A DNA stretch of 50,025 nucleotides from positions 1 to 50,025 of the forward strand of contig NIVC01004334.1 of the NCBI GenBank assembly GCA_002269645.1, written 5' to 3'. The notes under the pieces were generated by a model. It saw only the letters and a program-made list of their open reading frames with translations. It did not search any database and was not told the origin of the DNA. The position numbers were made by a program, and so were the translations under genes. Each line of letters begins with the position of its first letter. Position 1 is the stretch's first letter. This DNA comes from Macrostomum lignano. Lineage: Eukaryota. This document shows positions 36,611-48,840 of this stretch, in pieces.

Positions 36611-37544
36611 CGAGGCTTCGCGAGTTTCATCTCATGCTTTTATTATCCTCAGTGGCCAAGTTGCCGGTCTAACAGACTTTATTTTCCTATTCAGCAACTC
36701 CCCAATAGTAGTACATGGAAGCCCTAACAATATTTGCTCCCGGTGTCAGTCGGCAGTATTGTCAAGTCATGCACAAAGCCCATTGAGAAAGTGAATTTGA
36801 ATGCCTGTCAGAGTTGCTTCCTCGCTAATCCCCTGTGACAATGTGGCCACGTTGGAGTCGTAATCTCGTACTTGACACTTTCGCTGCAGGCTTGAGCCTT
36901 CTGTTATAGCTGCGGTGGGGGGCCTGAGCAGCATGGCCCGATTGCGGGTGGGCAGTTAGATGCGCTGAGCTGTGGAGGAGGCAAGGAGGATGCTGAGTCC
37001 TAGCTAAGGGTTTGGGGAAGGAGAAACGGAAGAGAAGGGGGGAGAATTGACCTGGACTGGGATAAATCAGCGAAGCCTGAGTCTGAGTCGTCTCCCCTCA
37101 TTTCTTCCCTCCTCTACACCACCTCCCCCAGTTTTCCCCTTTTTGGCCTGCGTTTATTGACAGTGCGATGGGGAGCCCGCAGCCGGGAGTCTGGCAGCTG
37201 CAGAGCGCATAAGTCACTCGCTTCGCAGTCCTGTCGGGCAGCGGGGCAATCAGCTGCTTCTCGGAAGAATCTCTGCTTGTTGCCATCCTTGATATCATCC
37301 AGAGGCGGCTTCGGCCTGTACAAATAATTAATTACGCAGGGCGCTGCCGCAAATCAGCATAGCGCTGATCTCTGCGCTCTCGCACATTTATTTGGGGCTT
37401 GTGTGCACAAAATTGTGGTGCTTGGGGGGCTTGGTGTACACCCTGTGTGAGCGTGTGCATGAGTGCCGTGCCTGTGTACAGCATTGGCGCACACAATTGC
37501 GGGGCGATGCCATTGAAGGCGTTGCGTCAGGGTGCCCACAATAA

Positions 37545-37866
37545 TATATAATAACTAGTAATAATAATTGACTACACCTGCCCGAATTGGGCCAGATGTG
37601 CAACCGACAGCTCCGCCGCAGCTATTGCGCGGCGCATCTGAAGGCTGCGTACGGCTGTTCAGTTCAAGTACTGGGGGGGGGGGTCGCCACGCACACCCTG
37701 AATTACCCCAGCTAATGCTGGCACTCATTTTACAGCTGGGTGAACTGAAGCAATGCAGAGTTAAGCTGTCTTGCTCAAGGACACAAATTGTTCCGAGTGG
37801 GATCGGGAATCGAACCCCAGACCTTCAAGTCGTAAGTCCGACGCTCTGACCACAAGGCTACAACCC
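37545..37866 (-). mobile_element. tRNA-headed SINE with Meta/V-type central domain
   Basis: A-box TAGCCTTGTGG and B-box GGTTCGATTCC, then GTGTCCTTGAGCAAGACAGCTTAAC...CACCCAGCTGTAAAATG and an (ATT)-like tail. 3' limit approximate. Confidence 0.75.
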
Positions 37867-38194
37867 CCCCCCCAGGTAATTAATCTACTTGGTTGAGTTC
37901 TGTCCAGGAGCCTAAAGTTAATGGGGCCGAGCGCGGAATCGAACTCAAGATATCTGTACACAACATATCGGCAATGTCTGGATGGATGCGCAGTTATCGC
38001 GTGACTCGCTAATTAAAGCAGACCTGCTATTTTAAACAAATTATTAATTTGGAATAAGCAGGTGTGATTTCTCTAGGGACTTACAAAATCTGATTGAAAT
38101 ATTGGGACTGAATTCTTCAGTAAGTTATTCACGCAATTTACAGGTTCTTAGCTTTGCACTCTTCGGCGTCTGTAGTTAATGATGTAATGATGGA

Positions 38195-38605
38195 GAGAGG
38201 GAGATAACGGAAGGGAGATAACGGGGGGAGAGGGAGATAACTGAGAGGGGAGAGGGAGATAGCGGGAGGGAGAGAGGGAGATAACGGAAGGGAGATAACG
38301 GGGGGAGAGGGAGATAACTGAGAGGGGAGAGGGAGATAACGGAAGGGAGAGAGGGAGATAGTAGAAAGGAGAGAGGGAGATAGCGGAAAGGAGAGAGGGA
38401 GCTAGCGGAAGGGAGAGAGGGAGATGACGGGAGGGAGAGGGGGAGATAGCGGGAGGGAGAGAGGGAGATAGCGGGAGGGAGAGAGGGAGATAGCGGGAGG
38501 GAGAGAGGGAGATAGTGGGAGGGAGAGAGGGAGATAGCGGGAGGGAGAGAGGGAGATAGCGGAAAGGAGAGAGGGAGATAGCGGGAGGGAGAGAGGGAGA
38601 TAGCG
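38195..38605. repeat. ~21-bp purine-rich minisatellite GAGAGGGAGATAGCGGGAGGG
   Basis: Direct reading. Confidence 0.92.
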
Positions 38606-38749
38606 AGAGGGGATCTAAGCATCGGCTCTGCTTTTGTCCTTTTTATTCCTTTCTCCCAACACACGGGGCATTTAGTACATGCATGAGATGGGATTTTCCC
38701 CAAGTGTGGGAGGAGGATTCAAACGGGGCATCAAGTAAAGAATTGAAAA

Positions 38750-39120
38750 TTAGTCAAGCCAGTTTTGGCGTGCCTTCGACTGTTTGCTCTGTCCACCGAG
38801 TCTCGTCTCAAAGGCTGCGCCGGGCAAACACGGCCCAGCACAGCCCAGTTCAGCCCAGCTTAGGACAATCGAGTGTGGAACAATAGCGGGAGGTGCAGCT
38901 TTCTCTTGAGCAGTGCTCAGCCCGCCAAGAAAGCGATCTACTCTACGTTGTAACCCGAAACGGAAAATTTCTCTCAATACTTTTGGCATGGTTCCTCCTC
39001 GCATCTCTGATTTCATTAATACGCCTACGACTGCATCTCTATATTTGCTAGCATTTATTACTGCTAGCCTGATCACATGCTCCAATTCAAAGCGAGACTC
39101 AGTACGGATTACAATCTTCC
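38750..39120 (-). CDS. Candidate terminal exon of an unidentified antisense gene nested in the synaptotagmin intron
   Basis: CGCAG| acceptor then ~123 open, non-repetitive codons (KIVIRTESRFELEHVIRLAV...). Only a weak TIR-like resemblance. Confidence 0.3.
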
Positions 39121-39227
39121 CTGCGTGACAAACGCTAATCCACTGTCATTCCTAGCTTGACCTCGCTTCATCCCAGCTTCGTCAGTTTGCCTAATTTTAT
39201 GCTGTTATAACATTCTCACTCTGCTTC

Positions 39228-39600
39228 ACCCGAATCTCACCTTGTCTCACCTGAATCTCACATTGTCTCACCTGAATCTCACATTGTCTCACCTGAATCT
39301 CACATGTATCAATCGAATCTCACCCTGTCTCAATCGAATCTCACCTGTATCAATCGAATCTCACCTTGTCTCACCCGAATCTCACCTTGTCTCACCTGAA
39401 TCTCACCTTTTCTCACCCGAATCTCAGCCCAATCTCACCCTGTCTCATCCGATTCTCACCCTGTCTCAAAGTTATCACACCTTGTCTCACCTAAAACTTT
39501 CCCTGGCTCAATGGAATCAATTGAATCTCACCCTAATCTCTCCCCGTTTCATCCGATTCTCACTCTGTCCCATTCAAATCTCACCCTAATCTCATCCTCC
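39228..39600. repeat. 21-bp minisatellite TCTCACCTGAATCTCACATTG, decaying 3'
   Basis: 7-aa period in ORF track. Confidence 0.88.
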
Positions 39601-40107
39601 CCTGTCTGGTCCATCCTACGCTTTCACATTAATTCTCACCTTTCATGGAGTTCACTCTCAAGCAGCCGATGCAAATAGCCTGCTTCATCATAGTTCTACT
39701 ATTCCTACCTACTAAAAAAGATCACGAAAATCCGTTTATCCAGATTAGCGCTTGGATTTGATGGACACACTGAGCTCATGATCCGGATTGGCTATTAGTC
39801 AGGCGATGGGAAACTGTTCCTGGGGAAGCGATAAGGGATCTGAGATTTTTGCTGGCAATCGTGAGGCTGCATAAACAGGAGAATTTCATATTTACAGAGC
39901 ATTGGTGGCCAGGCTGACTGAGTGACTTGGTCCGACTGGGTTTAACACTTCTCTGTTTGATGCGCCATCGGAACTGATTGATTCTCTGCAACCCCCACAG
40001 TCTGAGCTAACAGCCTCAGTGGCTGCTTCGTTATATCCCATATTTTATAGCTCATATTTTATATCATCTCATATTCATCTCAATTTCACGTCTCCCCACT
40101 CCGCATT

Positions 40108-40411
40108 ACACCCATCCCACTCTGCAGTGTACACCCATCTGCAGTGTACACCCATCTGCAGTGTACACCCATCCCACTCTGCAGTGTACACCCATCTGCA
40201 GTGTACACTCTGCAGTGTACACCCATCCCACTCTGCAGTGTACACCCATCTGCAGTGTACACCCATCCCACTCTGCAGTGTACACCCATCTGCAGTGTAC
40301 ACCCATCATCTGCAGTGTACACCCCATCTGCAGTGTACACCCCATCTGCAGTGTACACCCCATCTGCAGTGTACACCCCATCTGCCACTCCGCAGTACAC
40401 CCCATCTGCAG
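40108..40411. repeat. 18/24-bp minisatellite (CCCACT)CTGCAGTGTACACCCAT abutting the C2A acceptor
   Basis: Direct reading. Confidence 0.92.
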
Positions 40412-40840
40412 CGCAGCACCGCTATACAGAGCATCCAGGAGGAGACATTCGGTCAGCTGAATTTCTCGCTGGACTTCCGCGACGAGACGGGCATCCTGAC
40501 GGTGCGCGTCATCCAGGCGATCGAGCTGCAGCCAAAGGACGGTTCCTCCGGCCAGATGAACCCCTACTGCCGCGTGGCGGTTCTGCCCAACCGCAAGAGC
40601 CAGACCACCACCAAGATTCACAAGCGGACGCTGAACCCGGAATTCGAGGAGGAGTTCATATTCGAGCTCAAACAGCAGGACATCAACTGGAGCGTGCTGG
40701 AGATCACTGTGTTCGACTACGATCCCTGCTCGCTTGACGACTGTCTGGGCCAGGTGAAACTGCCGCTGGCTGAGGTGGACCTGAGCGAGAAGCAGGTGAT
40801 GTGGAAGGGCATCTGCTCGATGGAGAAGGATCCTGATCCG
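40412..40840 (+). CDS. Synaptotagmin-like gene, C2A exon (acceptor 40412 or 40430, both phase 0)
   Basis: FGQLNFSLDF..LTVRVIQA.EL.PKD..NPYCRV..TKIHKRTLNPEFEEEFIF..VFDYD..DDCLGQV. Donor CCG|GTAGGT. Confidence 0.92.
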
Positions 40841-40992
40841 GTAGGTTTATCCTTCACCTGGCAATATTCTATGTTGCAAGCATTTTCTCGTTTCCCGGAA
40901 AATAAAGTTTTAACAAAGTTTAGTAAAGTAGAGTATATTGTTACGAAGAATGCAAAGCAATAGATGGGATAAAAAGGAGACGTAGAGTCGAG

Positions 40993-41592
<600 letters not shown>

Positions 41593-41610
41593 CGCATTCC
41601 GCTTACTCAC

Positions 41611-41688
41611 CCGACACGAAAGGCGGCACACTGAGGCCTATTAAGCAGGATAAAGTGCAGCAGCGGACGGGCGGACAGAAGCACAGAC
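41611..41688 (-). other. Candidate 78-nt antisense exon
   Basis: TTCCCTCAG| acceptor and GG|GTGAGT donor; two frames are open. Confidence 0.25.
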
Positions 41689-42199
41689 CTGAGGGAATCA
41701 CACCGAAGGGTGGAATCGAATTAGGGCCCAGATGCGGTCCCCGGTCCTGTGAGCAAAAAAATATTCGCGACCCACTCACTCCTCACTGACGGCCCTTTGC
41801 TAGCCCCAGAACCTTGAGCTGTTTTTTCCTGCCTGAACTGGGCAGAGATGAAGCTGCCCGAGAAGCTGCTGGAACCAGAAGAAAAAAATGCCGAGATGAG
41901 GAAAAGTAGCATTGGTTTGGAATTTTTAATTAAAAGAGAAGGAAACTGGGGGGTGGCAGCAGCTGCTGAATGCAAGATTGTAAAACCCGCCACTTACAGC
42001 GGGCAGGCGGAGCAACTCGCAGATCGAAAAAACGACTTCGCAAAAGGGCTGGCAAATGCAAATGTTGCGCAAAATTTGGGATACGAGACGACAAAATATT
42101 TTCTTTCAGGGTGGGAAAAATTGGGATAGATAAAGAATGAGAAAGAGAGAAAAGCCGAAATGATGCCTGAGACTGAATTTGGGACTAAGAATAGACTAA

Positions 42200-42650
42200 T
42201 GCAGACTGAGAATAGATGAGTGAATATTGAGAATAGATGAGTGAATATTGAGAATAGATGAGTGAATATTGAGAATAGATGAGTGAATATTGAGAATAGA
42301 TGAGTGAATATTGAGAATGGAGTGAATATTGAGAATAGATGAGTGAATATTGAGAATAGATGAGTGAATATTGAGAATAGATGAGTGAATATTGAGAATA
42401 GATGAGTGAATATTGAGAATAGATGAGTGCAGACTGAGAAGAGATGACTGCAGACTGAGAAGAGATGACTGCTGACTGAGAAGAGATGACTGCAGACTGA
42501 GAAGAGATGACTGCAGACTGAGAAGAGATGACTGCAGACTGAGAAGAGATGACTGCAGACTGAGAAGAGATGACTGCAGACTGAGAAGAGATGACTGCAG
42601 ACTGAGAATAGATGAGTGAAGACTAAGAATAGATGAGTAGGTACTGAGAG
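42200..42650. repeat. 21-bp minisatellite GACTGAGAATAGATGAGTGCA/AATATT variants; resumes at ~44100-44235 after the foldback element
   Basis: The same units occur in direct orientation on both sides of the inverted-repeat element. Confidence 0.92.
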
Positions 42651-42652
42651 TA

Positions 42653-44093
42653 GGAATACCAAGCCATTTTTCTGCCCGTCGAACTACCAAGAGGGGGGGG
42701 GAATTCCCCCCCCCTGACAATTTTATTGCTGCGCCGGAACGGAGCAACGCAGGCACACGAAATTCAAGAAACGGGCCAACTTTTTGTTGCGCATCTTCTC
42801 AAACAAGAATCAAGTCGCCAGCCCTTCGGACCGTTGAGATATTCGACGATTCTGCCAGAAGGTCGGATTTTTCCCATAAGCGCTAGTGTATTCAGTACAC
42901 CCCTGTGCGCCAATCAGCACTGCGCCTCAGTGCAGCTTTGTCAAGTCTCCAAATTTCATCAGCACGTCGAACACATGTGTCTGCATCAGTTCTGACTTCG
43001 TTGGTCACTAGCCTTCACCCAAGTGGAGCTTCTGGACCCTCAACAGCTGTGGCACCAGGTGACTATGGACACCCTGATGCGGATTTCTCTAGTTTCGCCG
43101 ATCAAGCCTCGACAGTGGGCAAGAATCAACCGCCGGACATTCTCAGCTAGTCTCTCGAGCCTTCAGTCATCACCCCGACGCCGTCGGCACCTTCAACAGG
43201 TGGCACCAGGGGAGTAAGGTCACCTGAGCGTGATTTTTCATCATGCTCTTAACATTTCTGAAGCTCTCAAATTTTTTTAAAGCACGGACATTGCTATAGT
43301 TAAGCTTGAACTCATGTTGCTGTATATTTATTATTATTATTACACATACTTTTATACATGCGAGCTACATACATATTTTATTCGAAAAGCTGTTTAGTTT
43401 ATTCAACTATAATATTGAACCTAATTTTTTTGCAGAAAGGGTTATGCTTTTAAGAAGCCAGTAAATTCAATCGGTTTTTTTAATGATTAAGAAATGTTAA
43501 GAGCATGATGAAAAATCACGCTCAGGTGACCTTACTCCCCTGGTGCCACCTGTTGAAGGTGCCGACGGCGGTCGGGTGATGACTGAAGGCTCGAGAGACT
43601 AGCTGAGAATGTCCGGCGGTTGATTCTTGCCCACTGTCGAGGCTTGATCGGCGAAACTAGAGAAATCCGCATCAGGGTGTCCATAGTCACCTGGTGCCAC
43701 AGCTGTTGAGGGTCCAGAAGCTCCACTTGGGTGAAGGCTAGTGACCAACGAAGTCAGAACTGATGCAGACACATGTGTTCGACGTGCTGATGAAATTTGG
43801 AGACTTGACAAAGCTGCACTGAGGCGCAGTGCTGATTGGCGCACAGGGGTGTACTGAATACACTAGCGCTTATGGGAAAAATCCGACCTTCTGGCAGAAT
43901 CGTCGAATATCTCAACGGTCCGAAGGGCTGGCGACTTGATTCTTGTTTGAGAAGGTGCGTAACAAAAAGTTGGCCCGTGTTCTTGAATTTCGTGTGCCTG
44001 CGTTGCTCCGTTCCGGCGCAGCAATAAAATTGTCAGGGGGGGATTCCCCCCCCTCTTGGTAGTTCGACGGGCAGAAAAATGGCTTGGTATTCC
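42653..44093. mobile_element. Foldback/MITE-like element: ~605-bp near-perfect inverted arms (42653-43259, 43490-44093), 230-bp AT-rich spacer, putative TA TSD
   Basis: GGAATACC...GGTATTCC termini flanked by TA on both sides. Mirror-image ORFs in the track (42905+/43599-, 43023+/43532-) confirm the inversion. Confidence 0.9.
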
Positions 44094-45364
44094 TACTGTT
44101 AATAGAGACTGGGAATCTGAGAATAGATGGGTGGGGATATTGAGAATTGATAAATGCAGACTGAGAATAGATGACTGCAGACTCAGAATAGATGAGTAGG
44201 TACTGAGAGTAGATTTAGACTGAGAATAGATTAGTGGGGGTAATACAAACAAGAGAACAGATTGCGCGAGTGTGCTGGCATATTCCGAACTTCAATGTGG
44301 ATTGATGGGCAGGTATATTCCCCATCCGGGAAAGACGAGCTATACTCCAGATCCCTCTTCTCTACCTGCCTGTCTGGCCTTTCCGCAAAGCGATTCAATA
44401 AAGCAAACAGAGAGCCGTCGATAAGGAGAGAGCGAGCGAGGCGGAGGCTGCGGGCGCCGTCAAAACCCTTGCAGATTTTCTTTGTGCGGGGGGATGGGAG
44501 GGAAGAGTTCCGCCCCACTTCCCGTTTGCGCTTATTCAATCTCTGTTTGAGCCAGCGTAATAATAGGGGATAAGAATCGCATCCTTCTCTTTATCCAAGG
44601 TAGATTGAAGGCATCACCTGCAGTCAGAGAGGGGAATGACATTCTGATGGGGGGGGGGGCTAGAAGACCGGATGTTTGCCCATTGGGAGCGATCTTTTAC
44701 TCAAATATTATTGCTGAGATTTCAATGAGCTGCTCAACTCGCTGAAGCTTGAAGCACAATGGGCATGGAGAGATTCGCTTTTATTGATTGCTTGGATAGG
44801 ACTCTTGACCTGACAGATAATGGGTGAATTTTGATGTTAATGCTTGGGGAAATGAGACAGGTGAGCGAGGCGCTTGGGGTAGTTATCCTACAGTGACCGA
44901 TGGGTAACTTATCCTTAATGAGACGATTTTTTCTGATTATTAGTTAAATAACTAAAGAATAGTTCAAGAATTGGTCTCTCTGGCTTTACTCAGACGTTCT
45001 CATAAAATGGAACCGCCGAAACCCGAGACCAGAGCGGGTAATTGTCCCAGAATTTGGTCACCTACGAGCTATCTGTCTTGCTTCACAAATTTTTGCAAAC
45101 GATGCAGTCTTAATCTTGCTTGTCGTAAAAATTTAAATTGAGCCTCAACAACAAGCGGGTGTTAAAAAGTACATTTGTATAATAGGACTGTCAGTCTGAA
45201 ATGATTGTGTAGTTTTCTTGGGGTTCAAATTTCAGAACAGACAGAAGGCGTTAAAACGCACACTGGAGTTAAAAAATTTAAAAAAAATCTGGAGATCTAA
45301 GATGTGACAGTCAGGAGTGAGGTGGCTGCATTCTTCCGAGGGGTTGAAATTAAATGAGGACGCG

Positions 45365-45710
45365 TCTCAATGTACATTCAAACCCTAGGGCAAGAAGTAA
45401 AAATCTGCTGTGGGAGGTGGGTGCATAGTTCAGAGGGGTAAGAGAGGTAGAAATCAAAGGCGGGGCATTAAAATGTACAAGGGGAGGTGTTGCAATGTAC
45501 ATTCCATCGGTAGGGTATGAAAGGACAGTCGGGAATGGGGTTGGTGCAGAGTTCAGAGGGGTAGAAATCAAAGGGTAGGCATTGTAATGTACATTCCATC
45601 GGTAGGGTATGAAAGGACAGTCGGGAGTGGGGTTGGTGCATAGTTCAGAGGGGCACAGATCGAAGAGCTTTGCAATGTAAATTCAATCAGGAGAGCATAT
45701 TGAGACATTC
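45365..45710. repeat. Degenerate ~90-bp tandem repeat (AATGTACATTCCATCGGTAGGGTATGAAAGGACAGTCGGG...AGTTCAGAGGGG), 3-4 copies
   Basis: Two near-identical copies at ~45493 and ~45585 with decayed neighbours. Confidence 0.7.
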
Positions 45711-45846
45711 ATTCGGGAATTGAGGTGGGTTTTTTTACAAAGGACTAAAAATTAATAAGGGAAGGGAATGGGGAGGGGATGCACCCTGCAATGGAAGGAA
45801 TGAAGGAAAGGAAAGTACACGCGAAAAACCCAAACAACCTCCTCAG

Positions 45847-45967
45847 GAACACACTGTTGGCGATCTGATGTTCTCAATGTCCTACCTACCGTCAGCAAAG
45901 CGACTCAGCGTTTCCATCATGAAGGCGCGCAATTTGCGCGAGGCGCACAAAGACAAGCCATTGAGCG
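45847..45967 (+). CDS. Synaptotagmin-like gene, C2B exon 1
   Basis: CCTCAG| EHTVGDLMFSMSYLPSAKRLSVSIMKARNL..PLS G|GTGAGT. 121 nt, phases 0 to 1. Confidence 0.92.
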
Positions 45968-46338
45968 GTGAGTTGGTCAGGTGTATTTTCACAGAAAACT
46001 ATAGCCTCACCTCAGCAGGATAGGTACACAGTAAAACTTTCATCACTTTCTCGTCGTCCGGCATACATTTCTAAGCTGTGCCGTGGATCACCAATGAGTT
46101 ACTTCTGCTAACAGTTATGTGTAGCTGTTGAGTCGAGAACTCCGCGGATTCTGTCGAGGTCCCTGCATTTTCGGCAGGTGTTGCCTTTGGATATGCCGAT
46201 GCCCTCCGCCAGTGGCCCGTTCTGACTTGAGTCCACCAGAACTTGGTGCATCGGGGGGGGGGCTTTTTTAGAGCGAGATACTCATGGGTGCTCAGACTGA
46301 TTCGGTTGAGTGCGATGGATTCATCAGCGCCCCCAACG

Positions 46339-47075
46339 TCTGTCTGCAGCAGGTTGGTGGCTATACTATAGTCTTGACCTCTGTGTCTGCAGCAGGTTGG
46401 TAGCTATACTATAGTCTTGACCTCTGTGTCTGCAGCAGGTTGGTAGCTATACTATAGTCTTGACCTCTGTGTCTGCAGCAGGTTGGTAGCTATACTATAG
46501 TCTTGGCCTCTGTGTCTGCAGCAGGTTGGTAGCTATACTATAGTCTTGACCTCTGTGTCTGCAGCAGGTTGGTAGCTATACTATAGTCTTGACCTCTGTG
46601 TCTGCAGCAGGTTGGTAGCTATACTATAGTCTTGGCCTCTGTGTCTGCAGCAGGCTGGTAGCTATACTATAGTCTTGACCTCTGTGTCTGCAGCAGGTTG
46701 GTAGCTATACTATAGTCTTGGCCTCTGTGTCTGCAGCAGTCTGGTAGCTATACTATAGTCTTGGCCTCTGTGTCTGCAGCAGGTTGGTAGCTATACTATA
46801 GTCTTGACCTCTGTGTCTGCAGCAGGTTGGTAGCTATACTATAGTCTTGACCTCTGTGTCTGCAGCAGGTTGGTAGCTATACTATAGTCTTGGCCTCTGT
46901 GTCTGCAGCAGGCTGGTAGCTATACTATAGTCTTGGCCTCTGTGTCTGCAGCAGGCTGGTAGCTATACTATAGTCTTGGCCTCTGTGTCTGCAGCAGGCT
47001 GGTAGCTATACTATAGTCTTGACCTCTGCGTCTGCAGCAGGTTGGTAGCTACAGTTTTGACCTCTGTGTCTGCAG
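46339..47075. repeat. 43-bp intronic minisatellite CTCTGTGTCTGCAGCAGGTTGGTAGCTATACTATAGTCTTGAC
   Basis: About 17 copies; period measured 46341 to 46384. Confidence 0.96.
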
Positions 47076-47233
47076 CTGGCTTATCCGACCAGCTCACTAA
47101 CGACCAGCAATGACCCCGGGACCGGCTGAATAGTTACGCACGCTGGTCTTGCTGTTGGCCAGAGCCAGAAATTCTGGTTATGAGCGCTTAGGGCACAGAT
47201 CCAGCAACAAATCGTCACTCCCGTCCATTGCAG

Positions 47234-47555
47234 ACGCGCTAGTCAGGGTGACTCTGTCAACGCAGCACGGCAAGAAGCAGAAGAAAAAGAAGACATCCAC
47301 GTGCAAATCCCCCAACGGCAATCCGAGCTGGGAGGAGGCTCTGACCTTCACCGGCATCAGCGAGGAGGACCTGGCCGGCGGCTACCTGGAGCTAGTTGTT
47401 TGCCACGACGGCGTGCTGACAAGCACGGAGGTCAGCCGGGTCTACCTGGGACCGGACACGAGCGGGAGGAGTACCAGCACTGGTGGAACATGGTCAAGTC
47501 CAAGGGCGCCGCCGCACAATGGCATAAGCTGCACCCGGTCGGACAGCAGAAGTAG
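47234..47555 (+). CDS. Synaptotagmin-like gene, last C2B exon (1-nt frameshift at ~47464-47467)
   Basis: TTGCAG| D-ALVRVTL..KKKKTS..NPSWEEALTF..YLG, then in the shifted frame EYQHWWNM..AQWHKL and TAG. One extra G in GGG(47464-66) restores the frame. Confidence 0.88.
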
Positions 47556-47797
47556 CTAAATTCTAACCAAATCTTGATGGTTAAACGCTTTACCGCTTCA
47601 GATTAGATGTATTGTGCAGTGATATCTTATACTCTATTTAAAAGTTCTACAACAGGTAGAATTTGATTGGCAGAAGCTGTTTAAGCTTTGAAACGAATAG
47701 GTGCCACTCGTGCCACGATAAAAGTTTGACGAAGGATGGCTACATAATTTAGAGAAGTCGCAATCACAAAGTGACTGGCAAGACTTTTCGAGCTTGT

Positions 47798-47974
47798 CAG
47801 TGGCGGCGCAGGGGGGCGGGGGGCTGTAGCCCCCGGGTGACCACCCCTTTAACGAAAAATTCTTAAAGTATGCGCAAGGCCACGAGAATTTTTTTTCTCG
47901 TAGGGGTAGGGGGCAGGGGGGGGTGACCACCCAACCACCGCCCCCCCCCCACTGGAAGTGCTGTGCCGCCACTG
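47798..47974. mobile_element. 177-bp hAT-type MITE
   Basis: 14-bp TIRs CAGTGGCGGCGCAG / CTGTGCCGCCACTG (1 mismatch). Exact 8-bp TSD GAGCTTGT at 47790-47797 and 47975-47982. Confidence 0.92.
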
Positions 47975-48424
47975 GAGCTTGTGAAACGCCCCTGCAAAAC
48001 CTGCAGGTTTTTAATGTTGCTTACTTGTCTGTTTATTTGTTCAGGCGTAAAACATTTTGCTTTCAAAAAACCTGAAAAACAGGGCCCACTTAATTGCTGT
48101 CTGTTTGCTTCACTTCCCTTCCTTACCATGGCAATTTGGGGTGGGTGGGCTATCGGTATCCAACCCACAATTCCTACCCCCGTAGGACACCCACCTCACG
48201 CCCAAACACCACCCCCCCCATTTTTAGCTTAGTCGTTTTGTCTCTGATAGCGGCGCGATAAGAAGGGGACATAATAGCATCGTTTGATATTGATTTAGTC
48301 TCGTAATCTGTCTGTCTTCATAATTAATTAGCTCGTGCTTTGATCAATTTAGTGTTAAAAGTACAAATTATCAGTGTTCAGCCACAGATACTAAAAACTA
48401 GATGACATTACATGCATATGCATA

Positions 48425-48840
48425 GGAAAAGTTTCTACTTCCAGTTCAGTGGCAAAGAAAAATACATTTAGCTATTTTATAAAAACAAAGCCAACTGGAT
48501 GACTTTGATAAGTTTACAAGCCCAGCTTTGTAACCAAACAAAGCAACTTGCTATTGGTTCAAGAATAATGTACATTAGCCAGCACCACTGGAATGTACAT
48601 TGCAGCCATAAGGCTGGAACACTGAAGAAGGCAATAAAAGTTAGGCGGCGGGCGGGGGCAGAGGTTTTGTGTGCAAAGACGCTGTTGGAGGGTTAGTAGA
48701 GGATAAGAGGGTAAAGAGCCAATAAATGAGCCTTGTGTCATAAAATACAATAAAATGTTTCTGTTTAACATACTACTGAACAGAAAGTAGCTTACACGCA
48801 AATGCGCTGGGTGGCTCATCTAGTAGTTATTCTAGTATCT
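48425..48840. repeat. Dispersed ~400-bp repeat, copy 2 (see 10120-10525)
   Basis: Colinear shared blocks with copy 1. Confidence 0.75.

Noticed and set aside
37795-37866. Functional tRNA gene
   Set aside because: The acceptor stem is poor and the sequence runs directly into a SINE body.
41848-42129. 93-aa plus-strand ORF in the synaptotagmin intron
   Set aside because: No motif and no splice context; it overlaps equally plausible antisense candidates.
42905-43844. Paired ORFs inside the foldback arms as a transposase
   Set aside because: They are short, lack a DDE or other motif, and are simply mirror images of each other.
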